Assembly (NCBI GenBank): GCA_907165135.1
Contig: OU015568.1
Span: forward strand, 9,920,001-9,984,000
DNA length: 64,000 bases
From: Oikopleura dioica
Taxonomy: Eukaryota > Animalia > Chordata
Reading direction: 5' to 3'
Shown: positions 18,023 through 31,116 of the stretch, in pieces
Numbering within the stretch: the stretch's first letter is position 1
How the letters are laid out: the number at the start of each line of letters is the position of its first letter
The notes under the pieces: model-generated
What the model saw: only the letters and a program-made list of their open reading frames with translations
What the model was told of the DNA's origin: nothing
The model's database searches: none
Program-made: the position numbers and the translations under genes

Positions 18023-18897
18023 TGTAAAAAATCCTCCTCTGAATTCAAAATCGGATATCTTTTGTTAAAGTTGCCAGTTTGCTTCTTATCTACTTTTCTC
18101 TGAACAGAATTCTTTATGCGGACTAATTGAGCTCTGACGAAAATAAAGTAAGTTTAGATGGGGGCACTCAAAGACTCAAAAAGTATGCTTCTTTGTTTGA
18201 ATGAAAATATAATTAGCGGACTTACTCTTCTTCTGAGTTTCCGAAGATATTATACATGGAACTTGTCCTGCTTAAATGGCTGTTTGTCGGGAAGACAGAC
18301 ATTTTAAATAACTGTGTATTGAGAAAAATTATCACTATCGACATTGCATATCTATCTTCCATGTTCGACGTTATGTCAGCTTTAAACTCTATTGACCGTT
18401 TTGCATATATTTTTGATTGCTGTTCAAATCTTTTCATGATTTTTAAACAGTAACTTAGAGTTTAAAAACTCTTTCTTAGTTTTAAAACTTACCCAAGACT
18501 TAGTTTCATCCTCTAAATAAAAAAAGATATGAAATCTTCAGTAAGTAACTGGTGAAACTAACGCAAATTAATGCTCATTTATCATTCACGCACAGGCTGC
18601 CCACTCATGCCCCCTGTCATTTTTAATACTGTTTCGCGAATTAATACTGATGCTTTTAGCAACTCTTCTAGGTGCTTAAAATACGCTGAAAGAAATCTCG
18701 GACTTAAAATGCGCAGAATGCATGTCAGACACGTGCGAAATTGAACTCGTTTTAGAAAATAGGCTGATAATGTTTGACTATCATTTAGAAGAAAGCTGAC
18801 TGCTCTCACCTGCTGCACATGCCTTTTCCCGATAAGAATTCTACACCCAGCATCAAATGTCCCCAAAATAGTTTTCCATCAAAAACGTTTCCACAAG

Positions 18898-21219
18898 ATG
18901 AAGCTGGTATAAATAAATATTTTTAATAACAGAGATTGATTCTGAACTTTAGAGCTTTGTGATTGCTGGCTTCGTGGCAGCAGGGAAGAACAAGAAGGAG
19001 AAAAAAGAGTTTACTAGGGCTTACGGAATGGCCAAAAATTATGATTCAAGATGAATTCTTTCGATTTTCATCATGTCTAAGAAAAATATTATTGACCAAA
19101 AATAAGATAAGGCTCTCAAAAATCCACTGAAAGCCACATGGGATATCGGAAGTGAAAGCCTAACTTTGAGCGGAGACAGCAGTGTCCGAGACAAGGGTTG
19201 GCTCGATGGAGGCTACTGGTGCGACGACCAAACCCTCGATTCACCCTCATTTCGTCGAGGTGTTCAAGTAAATGAGCCGCAAAGCCGAATTATTGGCGGA
19301 GAGAATGCGCAAGTGAATGCTTGGCGCTGGATCGGATACTTTTATGGTTGCGGTTCGACATTGATTGCTTCTGATTGGGCTTTGACTGCAGCGCATTGCT
19401 GTACTATTCCGGTTGAGTACTTTGACGGCAAAGAGCTGTGCTTTGGCCGAGACGTGAAAAACATGAAGGACGATTTTGAGCAATGCTCTGAGATTGCTGA
19501 AATCATTCCGCACCCAGGTTACGATCGTTCGGAAACAGTCCTCAACGACATCTGCCTCCTCCGACTGAAGAAAAGGCTGAGCTACGGAGAAACTGTCCAA
19601 CCTGCATGTCTCCCAAAACAAGGAGAATCTCTCGAGTCTCTTTACCCAGATTTCGTCGGAAATGAACAAGGAGACAACAATGACTGTTTTGTCGCCGGAT
19701 GGGGATATCGCCAAGAAGGCTGGTACATGAGCTTGCCGACGATTCTTCAAGACGCAAAAGTCAACGCTCTGAAAAACGAAACATGCGAGGCTGCATATAC
19801 TAGAGAAGTTCACGGACGAATCAATGAGTATTACCGGCGCGATGTGATGAGCTGCTTCGGTCATCTTGAGGGTGGAATCGATGCATGCCAAGGGGACTCA
19901 GGCGGACCTATGATTTGCTTGGAGAAATCGACAACCGTCAATGGCCATACTAATCCAGGAAAGAGTTGCGATCGAAAATGAAATATATTGATAATTGAGT
20001 CAGTGGTTAACTCGATAAAGTACTTCGAGGAGTCGTCTCCTGGGGAGAAGGATGTGGACGTGAAGGCCGTCCAGGTGTCTATGCTAGGAACCGTGACTGA
20101 CTTTAATATGTAATTATAAATTAAATTATAACAAAAATTATAAATTTAATATGTGCGCGAACCTTATGCATCACGGAAAAGAACAAGCGCTTTTGTCGAC
20201 TGGATCCAGAGCACAATCCAAGACAAATCAACATTCGTGAATCCACAATGCCCCGACCCAGAGAACTATTTCATAATTCAAGGTATTATATGAAATATAA
20301 ATGAATGATTTTTATCAAAAGGTGGGGCCGTTCTGGACTGCAGTTGGGAAATGTGTACCGTTCACTGTACTCAACCAGGACTCACTCCTTCCGTGAGCGA
20401 AGTTAACTGCGATGTTCGCCGACGGAACTGGAATCCTTTCTTGAGCGGCACCGTCATCACCTGTGCCGAAGACACAGGAGTTTTCACGAACTGCGGGGCG
20501 TTGACCGATTTTTATAATGAAGTCGATACAGACAATATTGATTTCAACTGCTCTGGAAACACTTGCAATTTAGAAGCAAAAGACCCGTCGAGGCACGAAG
20601 TTTTTCCGAAAAGGATCTGGTGCCAAGGAAATCGCCCGAACTATCAAGGAAACAAACTCATTGCTTACCCAAAAGGATCAACAGCCAATTGTGGTAATTT
20701 TTACGAAGCGTGGCCGACCGCCTTGGAAGCTGGAATCAGAGCTGAATGCTCTAATTACAAGTGTGAGCTTCATCCAGCAGATGGTGATGATATTGTCTGG
20801 CCTTTCAAGTTTCCCAAGTGCAGCAGAGGTAAATGGTCGTTCGGAAGACAGGCCATCCCAGAAGATACTGTTTTCAAGTCTATCTCTTGGAGCGAATACA
20901 GGTACAAATACAGGTTGTGATATAAAAGTCATTTCATTATTTCAGAGAGGAAGACAACCCATATTTGGACTGTGGAAGGTCAGAAAGAACGATGTCAGAT
21001 TTCGGAAGCTTTGTGGGGGACAAGAATCAATTCAGAAGTTTTTCTAACGAAATTGCTTTCTGTTACCCTGATAATTGGTTCAACATCAATTACTGCAACT
21101 TCTACTGTCCAACATCGAACCCAAACAAACCCAGAAAGATCAATACGACATTCAAATGTGCAAAAGGAAACTGGAAGCCGAAGCTCACCAAGAAACGACA
21201 AAACAGTCTCAGATGCTAA
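18898..21219 (+). CDS. secreted trypsin-like serine protease with four C-terminal Cys-rich (degenerate Sushi-like) modules
   Basis: Signal MKLSFVIAGFVAA; activation site R-IIGG; triad TAAHC / DICLL / GDSGGP; Asp189 (IDACQ). SWGEGCG...PGVYAR recovered via GA-AG introns; repeated C-x(n)-C-x(3-4)-C...C-x(3-6)-W...C modules follow. Confidence 0.9.
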
Positions 21220-21299
21220 AGAAATTAAATCAAAAAAAAAGAAGCAATTTGTTATTTATAAATTTGCAGTAGAGATAAAAAAATGCATATGTTTGTTGT

Positions 21300-23135
21300 T
21301 TACTCCAAGTAAATGAGGAAGCAGCTTCCGTGCAAAATAAGATTTCCATGTTTGACCTCGACTAAAGAAGTACTCTTGTTGTCCTCTTGTCAGTCTTATC
21401 AGTCCTACCTGAGACGTAATAGTCGTATTTTGGATTCCACAGAAAATTGGAGGCACTTCGGAACGTTTGTCCTTCATCACGAACTGATATTACCTAATAA
21501 CAGTTATTAAAAAAACTATTTTATAAGGTAGTTGTTTTCCAAACCAATCCAAAATAAGCCAAATAAGACAACTTATGACGGACCCCTCAAATTTAATAAC
21601 AGTAAGTATGTCTACACAAGCCACAATGTGTCCTCAAATATGCGAGAAATTTGTGATCTGTTCTCCCCATTATGCAAAGTACCACGCATCGCAATTTGTG
21701 CAAGGCAGCGAAAAATATTCAGGCATTTTGTTTTACCTGCACAATGAGTCGGTATCGTGTTGGCAGGATATTCTTAATTTGGTTGTGTAACTCTTCGTTG
21801 GCTCTTAGCGGCGTTGGGTTTGTACGGCTCATGCTGGTGCATTTTTCTGAATGGGTTATTACAATAACTGTGGCATATTGAACCTGAAAGCACTTACTTT
21901 TTAGGATCCGGCTCATCATAAATTTTATTGCCTTTATATCCGGCTTTTCATCAGGCTCTGAAAACTAGAATGAAATTTAAACAAAACCAAATTTTTTACC
22001 CATTTTAAAAGTCGGTTCAACTCGCTCCTGAGTCTTTTTGATTCCAACTCTTATGTCAAAAGGAATTTGCGATTGTCGCCGCTGCCTAAATATTCACTGT
22101 GAGGAACTTGTTTCCTGGGATAGCTCTAATCTCCAGGACTTGTCAACGGCTTGAGGAAATGGGACGATAAGCGATATTTGTACCAACCTGTACTCGGCAA
22201 ACTTAGTGTCCATGGCGAATTCTTTGTGGTACTCGGTGAGTCTTATTTTCGATTTTTCAAGTGACTTTTTTCATAAATATTCCTTGAGCCAGCTTGTAAA
22301 TCGTCTATAGAAAATCTTTCCTGACTGTAATTCTCTTTCGCTGGTTGATCTCATCTCTAAAAATATCCAAATTATCCAAAAATTCGTCCATTTTAGCTAT
22401 TTTTCACAAGTGTAAAACCAATTCCACTCTCGCGGAAATAAATACGATCTTGATTTTTATGAGAACACAGGTGTTCACTTCAAGTGGTACTTACTGCATG
22501 ATCAGTGAAAGTCGACGCAGGGAGAGTCTGCCCTGTCCATCTCTGTAAATACTTTTGCGTCTTTCAGTTTTGATTTCGGGCACACTATCTTCGCCTTCTT
22601 TCTTTGGATCTTGATTCTCGTTGTCGCCGGATTTTAACAAGCTGAAAATGGAAATCATCGAAATTTTGAAAACAAAATGAACAAAAATTTAAAAAAAACA
22701 ATAAAAAATGATGAAAAAACTCAGTCATACTTACGCTTCTCCAACAGTAGCCCTTCTTTTCGAAGCGGGTTTATACTCTGTCGATTTCTCCGAAGCCCCA
22801 TCTTTAATATCCGGTAATTTACGGGCCTCTTCTGCGTTTTGAGCGCGTAGCCTAAAACACTTGCTCGCCCCACAAAAATCAACACGTTCACAAAAAAGGC
22901 TCAAATTGTGGTTTTGACAACTTGTGATTTTGAGTGGCAGGGAAAATATATTTCACGGTTTTCCTCAAAAATCACAATCTATTTGATATTGAGGCGAAAA
23001 ACGTGCAAGGACGAGATGAACCTTAGGAGGTCTGTATTTTTGTACTCCTTGAAAATGCCCTCAATGAGATCTAAGCCCCTCATTACAGTAATTGCCCGTT
23101 GGAACGTACCTTTCGTCCAAAAATCGCAGCCGCAT
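21300..23135 (-). CDS. Tctex1-domain (dynein light chain-like) protein with long charged N-terminal extension
   Basis: Spliced C-terminus FKMEPDEKPDIKAIKFMMSRILK...NQIKNILPTRYRLIVQ|VISVRDEGQTFRSASNFLWNPKYDYYVS|VEVKHGNLILHGSCFLIYLE* fits the Tctex-1 fold. Start and middle exons are less certain. Confidence 0.75.
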
Positions 23136-25148
23136 TTTCCCGGTAAAGCGGCGTCAATGACCCAAATTTGTTTGTTTCAAGCAAAAAATCTCGCAAAATT
23201 CGAAAAAGAAAAGTTCTGAAAAGGAAATGTAGACAGAATCAGTAACGTCAAAGTGGACAGATTGTCGAATAAACATGCACAGCGTTATCTCGCCCGTCAC
23301 AGTTACAATTTGGCCAGCTAGAACAAAAATATGAGCAAATTTGGGCCGGGGACGATAAGACGAAGAATGCCAGAGCTACTGTCTTTCAATTGCCCCAGAT
23401 TTTGTTTAGACGCTATCAAAACGCAGCTAACTCTCGTACTGCAAGAGATAGAAACAGATCGAGCGCTGTGTTGATTTTTCTGGAGCCAAAAACGTAAATT
23501 TGTTACTTCACTAATCCTGAATTTTGACAAGGCTGCAAATCGAAAGTTGCTGAAGTTGGAATTGAATTTGATGCGTTTTCGTGGTCTCTGGTCGGTTTCT
23601 ATGAAGCTGGATCGTTCTTGGTTGCGATGAGTTTGATGAACATGAAAATTAAGTTTATGATCCTTGATTAAAACTAACTGATCTAAATGATTTTTGAGTT
23701 TGATGAACTTTTTCGGCGTTCATCTAAAATTTCATAACCAAAAATTTTACGATTACACGGCTGAGAATCCTTTATATAAAAGATTATTTGATCAGAATAG
23801 CTGTTAAATCTAAGCTAGAAAACTAAGCCAAAAACTAGTCTTTGAACGAATCTTCAGAACCATTTAAATTTAGATGAAATTTGAATAATTTAATTTAGAG
23901 AAGTGTTGATTTTTTAAACTTACGAAACGAATAATTTTTCTCAGCTTTCACATCATCTCTGAAGTAACATTTTCTTGGGAAATCTCTTTGTTGACTGTAA
24001 TAGTGAGAGTCGCAATTCTAACTCTGTGGAGTTTTTCTTTGATCAGTTCCGGTTCTGACTGTTTTCGCTCTTGTCATTTTTGGCACCATCTTTCTCTGAT
24101 TATGGACTTGAAGTCGCCAGCTTTCTAGTTTCTTCCGGTGACAAAATGGTGAATTTAAATTATTCGATTTTTTTCTCACTTTTATAAGAAAATTAAGGCG
24201 TCTACGTTCCTTAGCGATATCGCTTCCCCGCATCTCCAAAATTCATATTTGTCCTAACGCCTGAACTGACAGCAGGACTGTTAAAAGCAAATTTGTGTGT
24301 CACCGAGTTGATAAAGAATCTATCCCATAAATCAGTTCTTTTCTCAGGCTTTAAAAAAATGATGGGGGAAGAAAAATTCATCAAAAGTACGATTTTCTTG
24401 GTTCATAACAAGTTTGGGGAAAGATTATTGTAGTCGAATCGGATCAATCTAAGCCACTTCAAAATTTCAAATCAAATACAAAAAGCTGATGGACTCAAAT
24501 TTAATCTTCATAGTTTCCCATAAAAGTTTCCCAAATTAATTCAATTTAGATTTTTCAGTTTGCAACTGAAAAGTTTGAACTATTGAGTTCATTAAATGAA
24601 CTCTTGAAACGGATATTTGCGTTTCGTCAAAATTTTTATTTGAAAGGAAAAGTGGTAGCTTATCCTACGTAAGCAGTTATCAACCAAACGTGCTCTAAGT
24701 ACTCTCCGAACATGCCGAAAAGAATCTCCGCTGACAGCGTTTCAACAACAAGGACAGTTTGCGCAGCTCGCTAATTTGTGTTTGAATTTATCGACCGTAA
24801 ATCATCATCCAGGCCGGCGGCTTCAGACTTCAATCAGAGTTCACTTTCGACGGTTCTGATCCTTGGGCAAATTTGTGAGGTGTCGAAAAATGCGACGGAA
24901 GGGCGAATTGAATCATTATCAATTCTCATTTTCATACTTCTGGATCGTTACGCTCTACTTAGGCCGGGGCGAGACCAAAAACATCCTGATTTGGGTTCAA
25001 GACCGCCGCGAATTTTGACTTTCTAAAACCCAAACATTCTCGAATTCCGCTCACAGCTCACTCCAAAGACCCTACTACATCCCTTTTACATCCCCCAAAA
25101 CGTAAGAAGCGACATCTGCAAGTAACTTCAGAAGAAAGTTTGTTTCAG

Positions 25149-25600
25149 TCAAGCGGTAGTTAATCGATTCTTATAGAATTTAGGGCAAATAATGTAAATT
25201 CGTTCAATTGCAATTTTTATCCAATCTTTCAAATCTTTACGACAGGCATTTTCCGTACAACTCCAATCGCTCCAAACATACCCGGCTCCCGGAAGACGAA
25301 TATTTAACTGTCGAGCAAGAGCGGTCGAGTCATGGTAAAGGCATTCATGCGTCGGTTTTTCAACCACTTCTTCCTCTATACCCACGTTTTCGTACCATTC
25401 TGGTGTGGACCAGGTAGTTGCGGTACTGAAGGATGTTGTGGTTGTGGTTTCATTTATACTAAATCACGTTTTAGACGAATCATCTGAAAGATTACCTCAA
25501 TCCAACATGGTAAGGAGAAGGGAAATGAGATTTACCAGAAAAAGTACTGCTTCAACATTAAGAAAATTCTCTCCTGTAGTAAATAGAAATAACCCGTTTC
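25149..25600 (-). CDS. unknown small protein, Thr-rich then Cys/Trp-containing
   Basis: After a TTTAG acceptor: INETTTTSFSTATTWSTPEWYENVG...ECLYHD...YVWSDWSCTENACRK...ICPKFYKNRLTTA*. No recognisable family; 5' exon uncertain. Confidence 0.4.
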
Positions 25601-26501
25601 CCCCAAACATCGAATTGAAATCTGCGTTAAGCCCAAAATGCGATGATTTTTACCAAAATTTATAGACAAGTTATCACGCATCTTGTGAGAACGTTTATAA
25701 TATATGTCGATTTACGTGTGTAGGGTGAACGGTTCTATCAAAGTTGAACATGGTGTTTGTAAACAGACCAATTTTGCGCGAACAAGTACCCGGCACAATA
25801 ATTTTTAGACAGAGAAACAATGATTTTTTGTCCAGCTTGATCATAATCGGATTGAACGTTCATCAAAGACGGGCGAAAATGTTATTTCTTCAACGATATT
25901 CTTTTATATCCGATCAAAGAAAATTCTCGTGAAAATATTTTCTTCTCACGCCCAGGTATCGGATGCTTGTTTTCACGTCAGAAACATGTGAATTTCAGCT
26001 ACTACGAGATGCATCATTGTTATGCTTGCTTCATCTTTAAATTTTAGAGAAACTTCTTATATTAAGAAAAACTATGAATTGATCAATGTGCAAAAAGACC
26101 ACCGTACTTCTTCACAAGTTTTAGTAAGACGTCTTTCATCGGTCAATTGATCAATTGAAAACATGCTCGTAGTACATTCCAAGAGTTGGAGTGCAAGTGT
26201 GAGGTAATATTTTTAGAAAATATCACGAATCTAATGAAATCTATGTTGAGAGTAGATAATTGCACCAAGATGCATCTTAGTCATTTTGATTGTATATATT
26301 CTCGTCAAAAATCCTCCTGACACTATAAAATCGTATAGTTCAACGCTTATACAACTTGTGCTAGAAATATTTTCGCGCTCGACTAAGAGCGCCCCCTGCG
26401 CGCTCTCGAAAAAAGCGCGCATATAAACCCGCTAAAATCATCTCCCTTCACCAAATCAAAACTACCAATTATTTAACATTTTAAAAAGATAAAGAAAGAA
26501 G

Positions 26502-28786
26502 ATGTTACTAAAGTCGTCTCTAGTGCTAACAGCTAGTGCAAGTCACTTCCGATCCGGGAGTTTTCAGTTCTCACAAAAGGATGATTCCGAGTTGGTCCTA
26601 TCGAGAACTTTGAATTACCGACGAGGATTTTCCGGCTACGATCCGGCTTGCAACTTCTGGCACGTGAGAAAGGGAAAACAATCGTCGACGATGGAATACG
26701 AGCACTCCATTATCACCTCTACAAATACAACTGTATCTATCCAGAATGCTACTTACGTCGTAACAGATATAGAAAATCAGGGGCATCTCAACTCGCAGTG
26801 GTGTTATGGTACGATCGATGAGCCTATTCCGAAGCCAGCTGAATCGTTCGAGTACTACTTCCAAAACTGTTGCTGGGTCGACTTGAAGGATGACAAAGGA
26901 GAAGTTATCGAAGACGGCCCATTCAAGCTCTACGCAAGATATTACGATACAGAAAACAATTCTCCACAGGTCAAGGTTCCCCCAATCTGGCGAGTCATGA
27001 CCGGCTGCCCAAATCAATCACTGGCGCTGAATCCGGAGGACAAAGACAATGACACGATTCGATGCAGATGGAGTACTGAGGCCGAGGCAAAAAGTGCAAA
27101 TTACTTCAAAGGAGACTACACTTCCTTGAGTCTTGATGAGGAAACATGCGTCCTCAACTATGATGGAACAATTGACACAACCACATCCGGAGTAAAACCA
27201 ATCGCGATCCAGGTACCTTGGAATATCTTCTTTATCATTTTTTAACTTTAAGTTTTATAAATTTGTATTTTAGGTCGAGGATTTCGACGAAAACGAAAAT
27301 ATCAAGTCTTCGATCCCAGTTCAATTTCTTGCTTCAGTCTGGGAGCCTCAATATTCAGGAAGCTACGTCGAAGTGACTGGTCGATCGATGGGAATTTTTG
27401 ACGAAGAAATTGAACAATCAGAAGCATTTTTCTGGGGCGATGTTTTCCACGGCCATGATGATCACCACGAGTTGGTGAGAGAGCGACGAGAGGTCCCAGG
27501 AATAAATCCTGATACCGGCAATTTCTACTACTGCGACGAGCCTCCACAGCTCATTCCACCATCGCCAGAAGCAGGAGCGCAGATCAACGTCACCGGAACG
27601 GTCAAAATCGACGTGCGAGCATTTTACTACCAAGATCTTGAACCAAAGTACGATCTGAGCCGTTTCCAGTTCAACTCGCCGCAAGGAATGGTCTGCACTG
27701 ATATTGACAAAACAACTGGACGTGCTTCATGTACCTGGACTCCAACACTGAAACAGCGAGAGCAAAAACTTCATGGCTTCTGTTTCTTGGCGATTGACAA
27801 AGCTGGTAGACAAACTGAACGAAGATGCATTTCTCTAAAGATGTCCGATTACGTCGATGATGTTTTCAGGTGACCGATACTTGGTAGATCACATTTTATG
27901 AATCTTTTAGTATGTTGAATCTCATCGCCCCGGAATTCGGTCATCGAGAACTGACTGATTACGGCTGTGCTGGGCGAAATCTTCTCGATCCTTTCCATAG
28001 CAATATTGGAAAACCAGTTGATCTCACTGACAAGGCTCTCTCTAGATGGAAAACATGCATAAGATGCGCAAAGGAAAGGTTCAAACAAAACACGCCAAAG
28101 TGCCCCAAATTATTCCTTATTTCGAAGTATAAATTGAACTTTGAAAGGATGTCGATCTGACTAGCCTGTCCGAAGTAGGGGACCTTGAACTGCCCAAATA
28201 TTTCTACGACGTAGATACACAGACCTGCGGTAATCTAACAATAACATACTTATCAAAATTCTAACGCGAACAATTTAGCAAACGACGTCGGCACACTGGA
28301 GCGCTCCATTTGCGAGTGCGATAAGAAGCTCGCTAACACTTTGAAAAATTTTACAATTAGGCCCAAGTACCAAAATTATAGAGACACAAGGTGCGAGAGG
28401 CGTAATGCCACAGAGTTTCCCGAGGATCCTCATTGTTGCGGCGATCACGATGGATTCTACAAGATGTACTACGCTTCGAAGAATTGCTGCGAAGAAGATG
28501 GGACAATCCGATCGAATGGAGAGTGCATGACTGATGGAGGAATTACATATCAAGCTAAGGTAGTCTTTAAAGATCTTCACGAATTCATCATTCTAAGATT
28601 CAAATCTTCCGGCCTGAGTTCGTCCAGACCGACAAAAACAACGGAAAAGAAACATCAAGCTCAACTTCAACAGATTCCGGATCGACAAATGGAGAGGCTA
28701 CAGGAACTGGAACAGGAAGCAGTTCCGGTGGATCGAAACCAAACAAATGGGCCGAAGAAGCAAATGAACTAGAGGGCAATTTGTAA
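26502..28786 (+). CDS. secreted multidomain protein: SHFR-type N-terminal domain, furin site, beta-sandwich domain, inactive sPLA2-like domain, Ser/Gly/Thr tail
   Basis: Signal peptide; SHFRSGS, NCCW, NNSP, DNDTIRCRW, AIQVEDF; RERR; YGCAG...PVDLTDKALSRWKTCIRC...CECDKKLA. Five GT-AG introns join in frame; stop 28784-28786. TATA-like CATATAAA ~80 nt upstream. Confidence 0.85.
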
Positions 28787-28890
28787 AAAATAAGAATTAA
28801 AAACCTTGTACATTATGTATAGAATTTTGTTTGAATAAAAATGATCAAATTTTGAACACCAGAATTTATTCATTTCGAAGAACGCAGTCA

Positions 28891-29598
28891 TTATCCTCTC
28901 TTATTTCCTCTTCCAGCACATGAGAAGTTGCGGAGATCTCCATTCATTCGGCGAACAAAATTGTTCTTGCACTTGACTCGACCTTCAGCAGATGTGGTTC
29001 CATCAGCGCAGGTAATTCTGTAAGTCGAGTGCTTTCGTCCATCATCAATGCACTCAAATGATGCACCAGCCCAAGCGGCCTCGCTCATCAAAGTTGTCAT
29101 ACCGTTTTGGCACTTGCAACTGCCGGAAATGTCTCCGCATGGGCTAGGCCATTCCGGGAAGGTGGTGGAAAGAGGTCTTTTCTTCAGTCGTTTGCATCGA
29201 TCTGAAATTGAAGAAAGTTTGCAGAGTTTTATTATTGCCAAACTTACCAGTGTAGAGGACACTGACATCGCCACCTTGCTCAGCAGTTCGTGGGCAGGTC
29301 CACCAGATTCGGACATGGGCCCTTTGGACCTTCTGCTTGTTTGAAGGGAGGTTGGCGAGTTCAGTCGCAGTCATGTTGCAAACGCCGAAGGCATCGGGAG
29401 AGTTTCGGGGAGTATTGGTGCATCCACAGGGATCTGTCTCTCCATTCTTCCAGTGGAAGGGGTTGGATGCGCCGTTCTTCTTCTTTTTGTATCCAAAGTC
29501 GTCATACTCGTACTTAACAAGGTTCAAACGGCGATCCACGAGGAATGGTATCTTACCTGAGCAGCAACTGCTCCCAAAACAAAAAGTGCAAGCTTCAT
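28891..29598 (-). CDS. small secreted Cys-rich protein, 3 exons
   Basis: MKLALFVLGAVAAQ|YEYDDFGYKKKK...LYT|DRCKRLKKR...NFSCAGRGNKRG*, with two canonical introns and Cys modules resembling those on the protease at 20.2-21.2 kb. Confidence 0.8.
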
Positions 29599-29873
29599 TT
29601 CGATAAAAACGACACCGTTGGTATTGAGCAGCAAGAAACCGTCATTTTTATAGTCTACTACCAACGCACAACCTTGGCAAGTACATATTTTGGCAGACTA
29701 AGTCTATAAATAGTTTGAAAACTGCGGCTTGAGTCGCGCAGAATGCATGTTTTGGAGAGGCCAAGGTTGAGTTGTTTGTTTAGACGGCGTATTAAAATTT
29801 CTCAACAATGAATTTCGAACGATTTCGCAACAAGAGCGTTTTATTAATAGTTAAAATGTTTTGATTGAAGCCG

Positions 29874-31116
29874 TCAAGGTGGAAAATAATCTTCATATAG
29901 GTCACAGTAAATTAAACTATCTTCTTCTCTTGTCTGGAGAGTAAAATCTCCAAGCAAAATTTTCAGCTTGTTGGGTCCAAAGAACTTTCCATCAACCAGC
30001 GGTCCATCATCTTGCTCCAGAACGCAGCCGAACTGAGCATTCAAGAGCCAAGCCCAAGGAGCTCTGAATACGTATGAAGATTACTGTCTTGAATAATTCT
30101 AGCTACCTATTGTGGGAACATGCGTTTTCGAAGTAGCCGCATCCTGGTTGTCTTACTCCGCCATTAACGATCAGATTTGATTTACCTACTTGCAAGGACT
30201 GTACCAATCCATTATGAAACAAGTAGCCAGAATTGGTGATGACGGTGAGTACATGATCAGCATCCTGAGTTGACAATCGATGATGGTCGTCACACGTTTG
30301 GAAAAGCGGTCCAGCTGGGTCCAAGCCCGATATTTTTGAGATCTTGATTCCAGTAGCGGCGAAGAATTCTTTCCCGGTAAAACCGGCTATATGCGCGCCC
30401 AATGAATGACCGATAATTTGGATAGAGGATGGATCAAATATTTGGTTATGCTTTTGGATGGTTTCAGAAAGCCAGAAGCCAAGAGATCGTACTTTCTTCG
30501 CGGAGGCTATGTAGTTGTACTGCGCGATTTCATCCCAGTCCATGGAGAAAAAACACCATCCCTCGTTTTCCGTCTCATTAAAAAACGTCACGGCTGTGTA
30601 GGCAAGCCAATCTGTATTGTAAGCATCTCCGTATCCGTGAATGCCGATAAGTGTTCCAATACTGCAATTTTGTTCATCGTTGTATTGCTCTGGAAAGTTG
30701 AGTAATGTAAGGTTCGATCCGCCGTCGTAAAATTTTAACGAAGCAGTCAAATCCACATCGTGGGTTTCTAGGTTTAGGCAGTGGTAGTTCAGGAATGATA
30801 CGACTAAGATATTTTTTATAAAAAATAAAATGTAAATTTCTTACAGAATATTGCAAGAAATGCGCCGACGAAGGTAAATACGCATGATATTATTATTATG
30901 ATCTTCCTGTGTTTTGAAAATTGCTTTCCCAGAGTCAATATGTATCTTTTGCACATATTTTCTTCACTTTTTCTTTCTCCTCTTTCCTCATCACTTTGGG
31001 AACTGTTCAATGTTCAATGAATTTTATATGGATATAAAGCTTTATCGCGATGTATTTAAATTAAATTGGACTTTCCTAGGACTCAGCAGCGGCATATTAA
31101 CGTCGTTCTCATCCAT
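29874..31116 (-). CDS. pancreatic-lipase/phospholipase A1-family hydrolase with N-terminal transmembrane anchor
   Basis: GHSLGAH, GLDPAGP, CSHNR triad; TM IIIIISCVFTFVGAFLAIFFV. First exon MDENDVNMPLLSP joined through GA-AG intron 31003-31075. Short lid, no PLAT domain; stop 29874-29876. Confidence 0.85.

Noticed and set aside
21780-21850. Apparent frameshift in the Tctex1 gene
   Set aside because: A phase-1 intron gives a continuous frame without any shift.
23318-24350. Coding-looking minus-strand segments with some splice sites
   Set aside because: Could not be joined into a consistent frame; a gene is possible but unsupported.
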